Of a DNA stretch of 64,000 bases, positions 47,396-58,300 are shown one piece after another. The DNA is from Vulcanimicrobiota bacterium (lineage in GTDB: Bacteria; Vulcanimicrobiota; Xenobia; Xenobiales; JADMJV01): NCBI GenBank assembly GCA_050250895.1, contig JBFWNU010000007.1, positions 224,001-288,000 of the forward strand, read 5' to 3'. The position numbers and the translations under genes are program-made. The notes beneath the pieces are model-generated. The model had not been told where the DNA came from and did no database searches. It saw nothing but the letters and a program-made list of their open reading frames with translations. Numbering within the stretch: the stretch's first letter is position 1; every line of letters starts with the position of its first letter.

Positions 47396-48514
47396 TCAGC
47401 CCAGGCGGTCGGGATTGAGCCCGGCCAGCTCAGGCAGAACGAACTCGCCGTCGCGCCGGATCAGCTGGTCGTCGAAGTAGATCTCGCCGCCCTGGTCTTG
47501 CATCAAGACCATGTCCCAATGAACGGCCGAGCGGTTGCCGTTTTCGGTTTCTTCATAGGCTTCGCCCAGAGCCAGGTGGAGGCTGCCCCGGATCTTCTCG
47601 TCGAAGAGGATGTCGCGCATGGGCCGATGGATGTGCGGGTTGAAGGCGATGGCGAATTCGCCGATGTAGCGGGCCCCTTCATCGGTGTCGAGGATGGCTC
47701 GCAAGCTCTCGTCGTCGGAAGAGGAGAAATCGACCACACGCCCTTTCTCGAAGGTCAGCCGGATGTTGTCGAAAGGTTTGCCTCGATAGATGGTGGCCGC
47801 ATTGTAGCTGATGGTTCCTTCCACCGAGTCGCGCACGGGGGCGGTGAAGCATTCGCCATCGGGGATGTTGTGGGTGCCGGTACAGGCCACCGCCGGAATG
47901 TCTCGAATCGAGAATCGCAAGTCGGTGCCCGGCCCGGTGATGCGGACCTGGTCGGTTCGATTCATCAACTCTTCGAGGGGCACTACCGCCCGGGCCATCG
48001 AGGCGTAGTCGGCCAGGCAGACATCGAAGTAGAAGTCTTCAAAGGCTTCCGTGGCCATGCCGGCTTGCTGGGCCATGCTCGGGGTGGGCCACCGCAACAC
48101 CACCCAGCGAGTGTTCTTGACGCGCTCTTCGATGTGGACCGGTTTGAACCAGTGCTGTTCGTACTGGCTCATCTGGGCTTTACTCACGTCGGAAAGCTCG
48201 GTGATGTTCTCGGCCCCCCGCAGCCCCATGTAAGCGTCCATCTTCTTCATCCGGGATACTTCGACTTCGCCGTAAAGACGCATGGTCGCTTCGAGCACGC
48301 CAGCGTCTTCGATCTTGAAGAGTTTGCGATGGAGTTGCGGCTCTTTGAGGTCGACCATGGGGACGGCTCCCACGGCTACCACCTGTTCGATCAGCCGAGC
48401 CAGCATGGCCGTTGGAATGGTGGTCGCTTCGATGAGCACCTTCTCGCCTTTCTTCAGGCGGCAAGAGTGGTTGACGAGTAGATTTGCAAGTTTCTCATAT
48501 CGGGGATCTGCCAT
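47396..48514 (-). CDS. Aminopeptidase (M29/AmpS family)
   Basis: NIPDGECFTAP, DEGARYIGE, LFDEK..SLHLALG, SAVHWD. Confidence 0.95.
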   Translation of the reverse strand: MADPRYEKLANLLVNHSCRLKKGEKVLIEATTIPTAMLARLIEQVVAVGAVPMVDLKEPQLHRKLFKIEDAGVLEATMRLYGEVEVSRMKKMDAYMGLRGAENITELSDVSKAQMSQYEQHWFKPVHIEERVKNTRWVVLRWPTPSMAQQAGMATEAFEDFYFDVCLADYASMARAVVPLEELMNRTDQVRITGPGTDLRFSIRDIPAVACTGTHNIPDGECFTAPVRDSVEGTISYNAATIYRGKPFDNIRLTFEKGRVVDFSSSDDESLRAILDTDEGARYIGEFAIAFNPHIHRPMRDILFDEKIRGSLHLALGEAYEETENGNRSAVHWDMVLMQDQGGEIYFDDQLIRRDGEFVLPELAGLNPDRLG

Positions 48515-48631
48515 CGCCGAGTTTTCTCTCAGTGGTCGTCTGTTCCTCCGGGTGTTGCCAACAAACGATCGGGATGCTAGTATCTTCAGAAAGTTTTTTC
48601 TGCGATTGACTGGAGAGGTAACCTACAACCT

Positions 48632-49438
48632 ATGGCGAGACTGCCGCTGCTACTATCCATTCCTCACGGCGGTTCGATGCTTCCTCGTGAATTGGCGCCC
48701 CGTTTTGCGCTTACGCCGGCCGAACTGTTCTATGAATCCGACCCCTGGACCCGCGAGATTTTCGCAATGGGCGAGATGGTCCAGGGTCGGCTCGAGGCTG
48801 AAGTAGCACGCTGCGTAGTCGATCTCAATCGCGACCCTGACGAACGTCCTCCCGAACATCCCGACGGGGTGGTCAAGTCGCTGACATCCTACGGTAAAGA
48901 GGTCTGGACCGAAGACGGTTTTCCTACTCCAGAGGAGGTCGAACGTTTGCTCGATCGCTATCACCGGCCCTATCATGAAGTGCTGGCGCGCACCGCCAAC
49001 CGGGGGAGTGTTCGTATCGGTCTTGACTGTCACGCCATGGCCCCGATGGCGCCGCCCAACGCGCCCGACGCCGGGCGCCGCCGTCCCTGGTTCTCGATCG
49101 CCAACTTTGGCGACGACCAGGGCGAAGGGGATGACACCACTGCCCCCGCCGACTTGATGCATGCGCTGCGCGAGGCTATCGAGAGTGAGTTCGGCGAAGA
49201 TGAGCGACCCGACGGCGTCGACCTGATCTTGATGAACTATCCTCGCAATGGCGGCTACATCCTCGAGCGCCACGGGCGCGGTTACACTCCCTGGATCCAG
49301 TTCGAGATTAACCAGTCTCTCTATATGGCAGAGAAAGGTGACCAGAGCGAGGTTCCCGACTCCGACCGCGAACTGATCGCCACCGTCCGCCGCCGCCTGC
49401 TCAAGGTCATGGCTAACTTCACCGAGATGACGGACTAG
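48632..49438 (+). CDS. N-formylglutamate amidohydrolase
   Basis: SIPHGG, VVDLNR, YHRPYH, LDCHAM, IQFEIN. Confidence 0.9.
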   Translation: MARLPLLLSIPHGGSMLPRELAPRFALTPAELFYESDPWTREIFAMGEMVQGRLEAEVARCVVDLNRDPDERPPEHPDGVVKSLTSYGKEVWTEDGFPTPEEVERLLDRYHRPYHEVLARTANRGSVRIGLDCHAMAPMAPPNAPDAGRRRPWFSIANFGDDQGEGDDTTAPADLMHALREAIESEFGEDERPDGVDLILMNYPRNGGYILERHGRGYTPWIQFEINQSLYMAEKGDQSEVPDSDRELIATVRRRLLKVMANFTEMTD

Positions 49439-49831
49439 CTCGCTGCGCTCGCGTGGGGGGCGCTCGCTGTGCTCGCGAGAGGGGAGCGGCCACGAAGTGG
49501 CCGAGGAGGGAGCCGGCCTTCGGCCGGTGATGGGAGCGGAGCAGAGCTCCGAGATAGGAGCGAAACTCGCTGTCGCTCGTTTCGAGGATTAAGGCAGGCG
49601 GCCTGCGGCCGCAATACTGTGATGGCCTTCGGCCAGAGCCCGGGCCTCGCGGCTTGCCGCGCCAGGGTTACGACGCGAAGCGTCGTGTAATTTAAAGACT
49701 CGAAGTGAGCCAAAGCGAACTTCGCTCCTCTCTCGCTAACGAGCGCAAGCGAAGTTAGCGCTCCCATCTCAGCGGCGCAGCCGCTGCTCCCATCTCCGCG
49801 AAGCGGCTCCCCGTCGCCCGTAAGGCCGACG
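49439..49831. repeat. Modular hairpin-linker repeat, copy 4 (longest, most diverged)
   Basis: Shares GCTCCCATCTCCGCGAAGCGGCTCC with copy 2; purine linkers in the 5' half, complementary linkers in the 3' half. Confidence 0.85.
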
Positions 49832-49833
49832 AC

Positions 49834-50181
49834 CTAGTCAAAGCCCTTGACGTTGGCGAGTTCAGCGAAGAGGCGGTCGAGTTCGACCGAGAGTTCTTCG
49901 ATGACCGAAGAGGCCAGTTCGAGCATGCCGCCTTTGCCGAGCATTTCGAGTTGGGATGCGACTTTGCGGGCCGGTCCGGCGGCCAGGGTGCTGACCGCGC
50001 CTTTGATCGAGTGGGCGGCCCGGGCGAGGCCTTCGGGGTCGCTCGTGGCGATGGCCAGGCGAGCCTCTTCCATCCTCTTGGGGCAGTCTTCTTCCAGAAT
50101 GGCCTTCACCTCTTGCAGAAGCTCAGGATCTCCATCGAATTGCTCTCGAAGAGCATTCTTATCGATGATGGGCTCGCTCAC
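49834..50181 (-). CDS. Stand-alone Hpt domain protein
   Basis: AAHSIKGAVSTLAA phosphotransfer motif. Confidence 0.9.
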   Translation of the reverse strand: MSEPIIDKNALREQFDGDPELLQEVKAILEEDCPKRMEEARLAIATSDPEGLARAAHSIKGAVSTLAAGPARKVASQLEMLGKGGMLELASSVIEELSVELDRLFAELANVKGFD

Positions 50182-50303
50182 GTCGGTTCCTTCGCGCCCA
50201 GAAGGAACCGACCTGCAGGTTTACTAAGCACTCAGTCTGGGTAGCAGAGCTTAGGGTTTGTAAGCCCGGAAACAATTTGGGCCCAACGGGGTAGGGGGGC
50301 TAC

Positions 50304-50678
50304 TTGGCAAGTAGTTTACGACAAACGATCGGGCGCCAGATCCGACGGATCCGGCGCGACCACGCACTCACTCAGCAGGCTTTCGCGAGGCGAATTGGGG
50401 TAAATGCCTCCTATATCGGTCCGCTCGAGAAGGGACAAAAGACGCCCAGTATTGCTACGCTCGAGCGTCTTTCGGCGGAGTTTTCCGTGCCGATTTTCAA
50501 CTTCTTCGTGGACGACGAGATCGAAGATCGGGCTGCGGCCGAACGGATTCGGGCCCTGGTCATGTCCCGTCCCCCCGAAGAGCGCGAGTTTTTGCTCAAG
50601 ACGTTAGAAGAGATGGTCAAGCTCCTGCGTCGCAAACCGCGCAAAGCCCGGGCTGCAATGGCCGCACCCAAGAAGTAG
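50304..50678 (+). CDS. XRE-family HTH transcriptional regulator
   Basis: IGRQIRRIR..LTQ..FA..YI..LEKG..PSIATL. Confidence 0.9.
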   Translation: MASSLRQTIGRQIRRIRRDHALTQQAFARRIGVNASYIGPLEKGQKTPSIATLERLSAEFSVPIFNFFVDDEIEDRAAAERIRALVMSRPPEEREFLLKTLEEMVKLLRRKPRKARAAMAAPKK

Positions 50679-50736
50679 TTCAAGCGCTGACAGGGGTTGC
50701 CCGGGGGCGAGCGAAAGCTTGGCTCCGGAGGTGCCC

Positions 50737-52197
50737 TTGCAATTCGAAACCGTCATCGGGCTTGAAGTTCACGTCGAACTGGCTACAGCCAGCAAGCTAT
50801 TCTGTGGCTGTCCCAATCGCTTTGGAGCCGAACCCAACACGCTGGTATGCCCCGTGTGTTTGGGGTTGCCGGGCGTCCTGCCGGTGGTCAACCGCCGGGC
50901 TATCGAGTTGCACCTTTTGGCGGCCAGGGCCCTCGGCTGTAAGATCGCCGAACATTCGAAGTTCGACCGCAAGAACTATTTCTATCCAGACATGCCCAAG
51001 AACTTCCAAACCTCGCAGTATGACCTGCCGTTGGCCTATGGCGGCTGGGTGCAATTGGCCGAGGACCGGGTGATCGGACTGACGCGAATCCATCTAGAGG
51101 AAGACACCGGCAAGTCGATCCATTATCAAGAAAAAGACGGGCAGCTGGTGCCCGGCCGGTTGGGCGGTTCCGACCTTACCCTGGTGGACTATAACCGGGC
51201 CGGGGTGCCCTTGCTCGAGATCGTGAGCGAGCCCGAGATGCGCACGGCCGAAGAGGCCATGGCTTATTGTATGGCCTTGCGCGATGTGCTGCGCTGGCTC
51301 GGGGTCAGCGACTGCAAGATGGAAGAAGGTTCGCTGCGCTGCGATGCCAACGTCTCCTTGCGTCCCGTCGGCGCCACCAAACTGGGCACCAAGACCGAGA
51401 TCAAGAACATGAACTCGTTTAAGTCGATCGGGGCGGCCATCGAGTACGAGGTCAAGCGCCAGGCCGAGAGCCTGCGCCAGGGCGGGCAGATCGTGCAAGA
51501 GACACGCGGCTGGGACGAAAACCGCGGCCTGACCATCGGCATGCGCAGCAAAGAAGAAGCCCACGATTATCGCTACTTTCCCGAGCCCGATCTGCCCTTG
51601 CTCGAGATCGATTCAGCCTGGATCGCCCGGGTCGACGCCTCGCTGCCCGAACTGCCAGCCGCCCGCCTGGCCCGCTATCAGAACGACTTTGGCCTCTCCG
51701 ACAAGGAAGCCGCTTTCCTTACGGGGGACCGTTTCGCGGGCGACTTCTTCGAGCAAACCGTAGAGGCTGGGTTGTCCGCCGCCGAGACGGTCAAATGGAT
51801 GGCGAACGACGTGGCCCGCCTGAGCAACGAGTTCGAGCGGGCCCTGCGCGACAGCCAGCTCAGTCCGTCTGGTCTGGCTGCGACGGTGGCCCTGGTGGGG
51901 GCCGGCAAAGTCAATCAGCAGGGTGCCCAGAAGGTGGTCGAATCGCTTTTTCGCGAGGGCGGTCAACCCGACCAATGGGTCGAGCGCCTGGGGCTGGCTC
52001 AGATGTCCGACGTCTCGGCCCTGCGCGAGATCATTTCGGGTGTCTTGGCAGCCGCGCCCGAAGTCGTGCGGGAATACCGCGAAGGAAAGAAGAAAGCTTT
52101 CAATGTTCTGGTGGGGCAGACCATGAAACAGACCAGGGGCCGTGCCAACCCGCAAACGGTCAACCAGCTGTTGAAAGAGATTCTCGATGCAGACTAG
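50737..52197 (+). CDS. gatB: Asp/Glu-tRNA amidotransferase subunit B
   Basis: IGLEVH, RKNYFYPD, HLEED, SLRCDAN, YRYFPEPDL; SD GGAGG before TTG. Confidence 0.97.
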   Translation: MQFETVIGLEVHVELATASKLFCGCPNRFGAEPNTLVCPVCLGLPGVLPVVNRRAIELHLLAARALGCKIAEHSKFDRKNYFYPDMPKNFQTSQYDLPLAYGGWVQLAEDRVIGLTRIHLEEDTGKSIHYQEKDGQLVPGRLGGSDLTLVDYNRAGVPLLEIVSEPEMRTAEEAMAYCMALRDVLRWLGVSDCKMEEGSLRCDANVSLRPVGATKLGTKTEIKNMNSFKSIGAAIEYEVKRQAESLRQGGQIVQETRGWDENRGLTIGMRSKEEAHDYRYFPEPDLPLLEIDSAWIARVDASLPELPAARLARYQNDFGLSDKEAAFLTGDRFAGDFFEQTVEAGLSAAETVKWMANDVARLSNEFERALRDSQLSPSGLAATVALVGAGKVNQQGAQKVVESLFREGGQPDQWVERLGLAQMSDVSALREIISGVLAAAPEVVREYREGKKKAFNVLVGQTMKQTRGRANPQTVNQLLKEILDAD

Positions 52198-54127
52198 CAG
52201 TGAGCTATTGGGGGTGGGGGTAGTGCCTCTTGACGAGGCCCTGGACAGGTGGGTATCCGAGTTAGAGTTTCACAAGGCTCTGACCCGTTTACCGGCCGAG
52301 CAGATTTCGGTCAACGACGCCCTGCACCGGGTCACTCATTCTCCGGTCACGGCCAAGTTGAGTTCTCCTCATTACTATGCGGCCGCTATCGACGGCCTGG
52401 CCGTCCGCGCAGCGGACACTCTCACGGCTTCGGGGCGGCAACCCTTGCGGATCGCTTTGGGGACGCAGAATGGTCAGTTCGTCGAGACCGGGGCTCCGAT
52501 GCCCGAAGGGCTCGATGCGGTCGTTCCCTTTCACGAGTTAGAACTTGACGGCGACGAGATCGAGATCACTCGGGCTTGCAACCCCTGGCGCAACGTCCGA
52601 CCCATCGGCGAGGACATTGCCGCTCGCGAGGTGGTGTTGCCGCGGGATCATCGCATCACGCCGCTGGACCTGGGCGCCCTGGTGGCCGCCGGAGCAGCCA
52701 CCGTGCAGGTCTATCGCAAGCCCCGAGTCGGGGTCTTGCCGGTGGGCAACCGGTTGATCGAAGCCGGGGTCGAGCCCGGGGTCGGCGAGATGATCGATTC
52801 CAACAGCCCCATCTTGTTGGGCCTGGCTCAAGAGGCGGGGGCCGAGCCTCACCTTTACGGCGTGTCGCCCGAACGGCTCGAAGAGGCCGGTCAGGCTCTG
52901 TTGGCCGCAGCCCGAGAGAGCGATCTGTTGCTGGTGGTGGCGGGACCCTCTCACGGGACGGCCTTCCTGGCTAGACTGTTTTCTGACCTGGGCGACTGCT
53001 TCTTGCACGGAGTGGCCATCAAGCCGGGTCACTCGATAGCCCTCGGCGTGATCGAGGGCACTCCGGTGATGGGCCTGCCCTTTCATCCCGCCCCGGCGTT
53101 TCTAGCCTTTCGGCTGGTGGCTCAGGCTTTGTTGGCGCGCATGACCGGGCAAGAGACGGTGGGTGTGTGCTGGCATCCCGAGCGGGCGACTCTGGCCATC
53201 GAGGGCCAGTCTCCTCACGGACTCGAAGAGTTTCTTCGGGTGAAGTTAGGTCAGGTCGACGGCCGCAACATCGCCGTGCCCGACTCGGGTGGCGCGCCCA
53301 CCCTGATGTCGCTGGTGCGGGCTGACGGGCTGGTCTTTATCCCGGCCGACGCCGAATCGCTCGAGGTGGGCTCCTCGGTCGATGTGCTCCGCCTGCACCC
53401 CGAGCGTTCGCTCGAGGGCAACCTGCTGCTGTTGGGCACCCACGACATCTGCTATGACCTGTTGCGCAACCACCTGCACGGTCGCTATCACGATGTGCGC
53501 TTGCACACTGCCGCCACCGGCGGGGCCGCGGGGCTGCGCTGCTTGAAGGAGCGGTTCTGCCACATTGCCGCCATTCATCTGTTTGACGAAGAGACGGGCG
53601 AATACAACGTTCCTCATCTACGTCGAGTCATGGACGGTCATCCGGTGGTGTTGGTTCGCCTCTTCACTCGGCATCTGGGCCTGGCGGTGGCCACCGGCAA
53701 CCCTCTCGGCATCGGTTCGCTGGCTGACCTGAATCGAGAAGGATTGCGATTCATCAATCGTCAGGTCGGTTCGGGCACTCGCGCCTTGCTCGACTATCAC
53801 CTCAAGCAGGCCGGGGTGGAACCCGACTCGATCCTGGGCTTCGAGCAAGAGGTCCGCACCCACATGGCGGTAGCGGCCGCCGTCAAAGGCGGCATTGCCG
53901 ACGTGGGCCCCACCATCTCGACGGCTGCCCGGGCGCTGCGGGTCGACTTCGTTCCCTGTATTCCCGAGCGGCTCGATCTGGCCATACCCAAGCGCTTCGT
54001 CAACCATTACCCGGTGCGGGCTCTGCTCAAGGTGATCCGTTCAGCCGCTTTTCGCCAGGAGGCGGCCGCCGCTCTGACCGACTACGACTTTAGCGATACC
54101 GGTCAGGTGGTTTGGGAGTCCGAGTGA
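52187..54127 (+). CDS. moeA: MoeA fused to C-terminal PBP/LysR-type substrate-binding domain
   Basis: AIDGLAV, TGAPMPEG.DAVV, AIKPG; C-terminal FINRQVGSGTR. Confidence 0.9.
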   Translation: MQTSSELLGVGVVPLDEALDRWVSELEFHKALTRLPAEQISVNDALHRVTHSPVTAKLSSPHYYAAAIDGLAVRAADTLTASGRQPLRIALGTQNGQFVETGAPMPEGLDAVVPFHELELDGDEIEITRACNPWRNVRPIGEDIAAREVVLPRDHRITPLDLGALVAAGAATVQVYRKPRVGVLPVGNRLIEAGVEPGVGEMIDSNSPILLGLAQEAGAEPHLYGVSPERLEEAGQALLAAARESDLLLVVAGPSHGTAFLARLFSDLGDCFLHGVAIKPGHSIALGVIEGTPVMGLPFHPAPAFLAFRLVAQALLARMTGQETVGVCWHPERATLAIEGQSPHGLEEFLRVKLGQVDGRNIAVPDSGGAPTLMSLVRADGLVFIPADAESLEVGSSVDVLRLHPERSLEGNLLLLGTHDICYDLLRNHLHGRYHDVRLHTAATGGAAGLRCLKERFCHIAAIHLFDEETGEYNVPHLRRVMDGHPVVLVRLFTRHLGLAVATGNPLGIGSLADLNREGLRFINRQVGSGTRALLDYHLKQAGVEPDSILGFEQEVRTHMAVAAAVKGGIADVGPTISTAARALRVDFVPCIPERLDLAIPKRFVNHYPVRALLKVIRSAAFRQEAAAALTDYDFSDTGQVVWESE

Positions 54128-54600
54128 GCGACCTTACCCACCTCGACGACCGGGGTCAGGCCCGCATGGTCGACGTGGGCGCCAAACCGCAATCCCAGCG
54201 GCGCGCCCTCGCCTCGGCTCAGGTGACCATGGCCGCGGCCACCTTTGAACTGGTCTGTCAGGGTCAGGCCCCTAAAGGGGATGTCGAAGCGGTGGCTCGG
54301 GTGGCGGCCATCATGGCGGCCAAGAAGACGGCCGAACTGATTCCGCTGTGCCACCCGCTGCCGCTGGATGCGGTCGAGGTCGAGTTCGTCAGGCATCCGC
54401 CCGATCGGCTCGAGGTGCAGGTCGAAGCCCGCTGCCGCGCCTCTACCGGAGTCGAGATGGAAGCCCTCACCGCGGCCTCGGTGGCTGCTCTCACTTTGGT
54501 GGACATGCTCAAAGGGGTAGATAAGACCCTGGTCATTGGACCGGTGCGATTATTAGAAAAGGAAGGGGGACGGTCCGGACATTTCCGGGCCGAGCTCTGA
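54124..54600 (+). CDS. moaC: Cyclic pyranopterin monophosphate synthase
   Basis: [28 protein letters not shown]. Confidence 0.97.
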   Translation: MSDLTHLDDRGQARMVDVGAKPQSQRRALASAQVTMAAATFELVCQGQAPKGDVEAVARVAAIMAAKKTAELIPLCHPLPLDAVEVEFVRHPPDRLEVQVEARCRASTGVEMEALTAASVAALTLVDMLKGVDKTLVIGPVRLLEKEGGRSGHFRAEL

Positions 54601-55214
54601 TGAAAGACGTTTTTGTGCACGAGAGTTCCTATGTCGATCAGCCTTGCGAAATCGGCGCGGGAACCAAGATCTGGCATTTCTGCCATGTGATGGCCAATTC
54701 GAAGATGGGCGAGAACTGCATCCTTGGGCAGAACGTGCTGGTGAGCAACGGGGTGACCGTCGGCAGCAATGTCAAGATTCAGAACAACGTCTCGCTTTAT
54801 ACCGGCGTCGTCCTGGAAGACGATGTCTTTTGCGGTCCGTCCTGCGTGTTTACCAATGTGATCAACCCTCGCTCGCAGATCGTGCGCAGGGGCGAGTACT
54901 TAACCACTTTGGTCAAGCGTGGGGCCAGTATCGGCGCCAACGCCACCATCGTTTGTGGAGCCACGCTGGGACGCTACGCCTTCATCGGCGCCGGTGCGGT
55001 GGTGCGCGGTGACGTGCCTGACTATGCTTTGATGCTGGGAGTGCCGGCTCGTCGCAAGGGTTGGATGGGACGCCACGGCTTCCGCTTGGAAGAACGCGAC
55101 GGTTTATGGGTGTGTCCCGAGAGCGGCTGGCGTTACGAAGAAAGCGAGCACGGCCTGCGCTGCCTGGACTGGCCCGAAGAGAAGCCTATATTGCCAAAAG
55201 TCGCCTCTTCTTAA
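54600..55214 (+). CDS. Hexapeptide-repeat sugar N-acetyltransferase (WbpD/WlbB-like)
   Basis: [27 protein letters not shown]. Confidence 0.9.
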   Translation: MKDVFVHESSYVDQPCEIGAGTKIWHFCHVMANSKMGENCILGQNVLVSNGVTVGSNVKIQNNVSLYTGVVLEDDVFCGPSCVFTNVINPRSQIVRRGEYLTTLVKRGASIGANATIVCGATLGRYAFIGAGAVVRGDVPDYALMLGVPARRKGWMGRHGFRLEERDGLWVCPESGWRYEESEHGLRCLDWPEEKPILPKVASS

Positions 55215-55312
55215 AGACTCTCGAAGTTCAAATCCGGATACTTTCAGTGCATCTTCTTACTCTCTAGCTGAGGGCAGGTCCAACGCGTCTGCTCTTTTTG
55301 CATGGAGGAAGA

Positions 55313-58300
55313 ATGCCGAATCGTATTGCTCGTCCCGACGCTCGCGTCGTTACCTATACAAAGAAGAGAAATCTCGCCACCCGTCTGCCAGCTGAGCAAA
55401 GCTTGCAAGTGGCTCCGCCTAAAGTCAGCAGTGGAGGGTCATGGGGACCAGAAGTCCAGCTGCCCCAGGTGCTCGAAGCCGAGGCTCCCGAGAGCAAGAA
55501 CCGAACCCACAAGTTGGCGGCCGCGGCCGCTCTGGCCCTGACCGCCGTCGGAGCCGGAGCAGGTCTGGTAGGCTCCGCGTCGCCGGCGTATGCCGAGAGC
55601 GTGGCCCTGAGCGCCAGCCCGGCCTCGGCCTCGTTCTTGCAGACCGTGCTGGCCCAGCGTGATACCACCCCCGTCAGGGTCAACAGCGCCCAGGAAGTGG
55701 TCGACCAGTTTCAGGCCCAGCGACAACTTTACGTCCAGGGAGACCCCCTTCCGGCGGACGTCATGGGCGAGCTGTCCGAGCAGTTGGCCAGGCATCCGAA
55801 TATGTATGTGGTGTTGGTGGACTACGCCAGCAACTTCGAAGACTATGACTTCACCGTGGCCACCGGCATCGGCAACAGTGACTCCTTCGCCTCGGTGCGC
55901 AACCCCGTGACCGGCGAAAAAGAGGGAGTCGTGTTCACCGTCATGTTCGACAGCAACGACGGCCGTAAGGTCTTTATGCGCTCCGAGGAGTTGCCCGACC
56001 GGCTCGGCGTGGGCGAAGAGAATTTCGCTGACGAGTATGGCAACCCCGAACGACTGTTGCGAACCTTCTTGAGGGCCCGCGACCGGGGCGAGAACATGGC
56101 TGGCATGCTGGGCTCGGTGTTTGCCGAGATCAACACCACCATCAAGACTCACACCGACCAGGTCTTGACCCAGGCTACCAGCGAGGTCGGCCGGGCTGAA
56201 AGGGACCTGCCCTCGCTACGCCAGCGCTACGAAAAGCAGAACAAGGACTATCCTCAAGCCGTCGCTCTACCGGACTTTGCTGCCTGGCAGCAACAGGTCG
56301 GCGCCGCTCGCCAGGCGCTGGATTCGGGCGACCCTCAGGGGGCCATCAACCTGATCCGGCCGGTCCTGGCCAATCTTGATGGCAGTGCCGCTTTCATCAA
56401 CACTTTCGAGCACAACCTGGGCCAGGCCCAGCAAGTGCTGGCCAGGGCCGAGCAGGCCGTGGCTCGAGGCCAACAGCAGGCCGCCAACTTCCGGAAGGAG
56501 TTTGGCGAAGGCGGGCAGCTGGGCAGCCCTGACCTCGATGGTTGGAAGGCCGCCCTCGAACAGGTCAAAGCGCAGACCGTCAAAGGTGACTTCGCGGGGG
56601 CGCTGGCCACCTCGAACAGCCTGGTGGCCAGCCTCGACGCCTATGGGCAGGCTACCGGTCGCTTTACGCAGGCCCAATCCATGAAAGAGGCGGTCTCCCG
56701 GCAGATTGCCGACCTCGAAAAGGCGCTGAAGAAGGCGCCTGATAACGGCCACACCGAGCAAGCTCGAGAAGACCTGGCGGCCGCAAAGGCAGCTTTCGAG
56801 CAGTATCAAGCCGACACTCGGGGCAAGTCAGGGGACCCGCTGACGGCCATCGAATCGGCCCAGTCATCGGCCACCGCGGGGCTCAGGCAGATCGACGAGG
56901 CTCACCATCAGGCCAACGTGATCCGAAACACTATCATCGGAGTGGGCACGGCGCTGACCCTCGCCACCGTGGCCGCCGGCTTGATCGCCAACGCCAGGGC
57001 CCGGACCAGAAAGAAGGAAGCGCTGACCGCTCTAAGCCAGGCCGAAGCCGACATCGGACGGCGCTCGAAAGCGCTCATCGAGTTGATGGAGCAGGCCGAC
57101 GTCAAGAATGTCTCGAGCTATGCTGGCGAGACCCAGAAGCTGGCTCAGCAAGTGATCGAGAGCGTCACTGACTCTTTGACCTTGATGGGCGGGGCTGAGA
57201 AGTTTCTGGCCGAGTCACGTCAGCTCATCGAGCCGAATTCGCCGCGCAATCTATTTACCAGCGGCAATTTCCACCAGGCCATCGGGCTATTGACCGACCC
57301 CGAGCAGCGCCTGCCGTTCTCCTTCGAAGACAGCGCCCGGGCCGTCATGGAAAAGGGCAGCCGGGCCGAGTCGTGGCGGGAAGAACTCGAGCGACGCGGC
57401 GCCTCTCGCGAGTTCGAGAAATCACTGTTCGAGGTGCTCGGCGAGGCTGACAAAGCGGGCGGCCAGGCCAAAAAGGTTCTGGCTGAAATCGACAACTTCA
57501 AGACCGGGGCCCAGACGGGTCTGGCCAAGCTCGAAACCACAGGCGGCGAAGTCTCGAAGAGGGCCGAAGAGCTCGAGAAAGAGGCTGAGCAGGACAAGCT
57601 GTTCCCGCTTCCTTCGGTCCGCGAGGACCTGTTGGCTCGGGTGCTGGACTCGGAGCGAGGATTGTTGCCGCGCGGCCGAGCCCTGGAGCCATCGGACCCC
57701 GTTCGAGTGGTCCACGAGTTTGTCGAGCCCGGCGCCCAGATGCTCGAGCAGGCCACCAAGATTCTCAACGCGGGTCAGGCGTTGCGCGGTACTCTGGGCG
57801 ACTCGACCAGGCGCCTTCATGACGCTTTCGGAAAAGCGGAAATATCCACCGAATGGGCCGATACCTCGCTGGCTCAACTGGCCAGCCGACTCGACGATAC
57901 GGCCGACAAAGCACCTCGCGTCGAGCCTGAGAAAGAGATCGAACAGGTTCGCCAACAGGGATTCGAGGTGAATCGCCAGTTCGAACAGGCCCTGCGTCTG
58001 GAGTTCCAGCGCCAGAAGGTCGAGGACACGCAGGTGGGTCAGGTCGAGGCCAAGATTGCCGAGACCCGCCGGCAGATGGCGGACCAGTTGCACGAGCTGG
58101 GTGTATTTCAGCAGGGCACCGCCGAGGGGGTGTTGCGCGAAGAAGGCTCGGATCCCGACCGGTTGCTCGACGATTCGAAGGCTCAGCTCGGTTCGGTCAA
58201 GCAACTTTTGGGCAAAGGCAAGGTCGCAGAGGCCGATAGAGCCCTCGAGAAGGTGGCTGGCAATTCGACGGGCGCCGAGGCCATTCTCTCGGACGCCAAG

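Noticed and set aside
52187-54127. MoeA-PBP fusion as a novelty
   Set aside because: Known architecture in archaea and many anaerobic bacteria.
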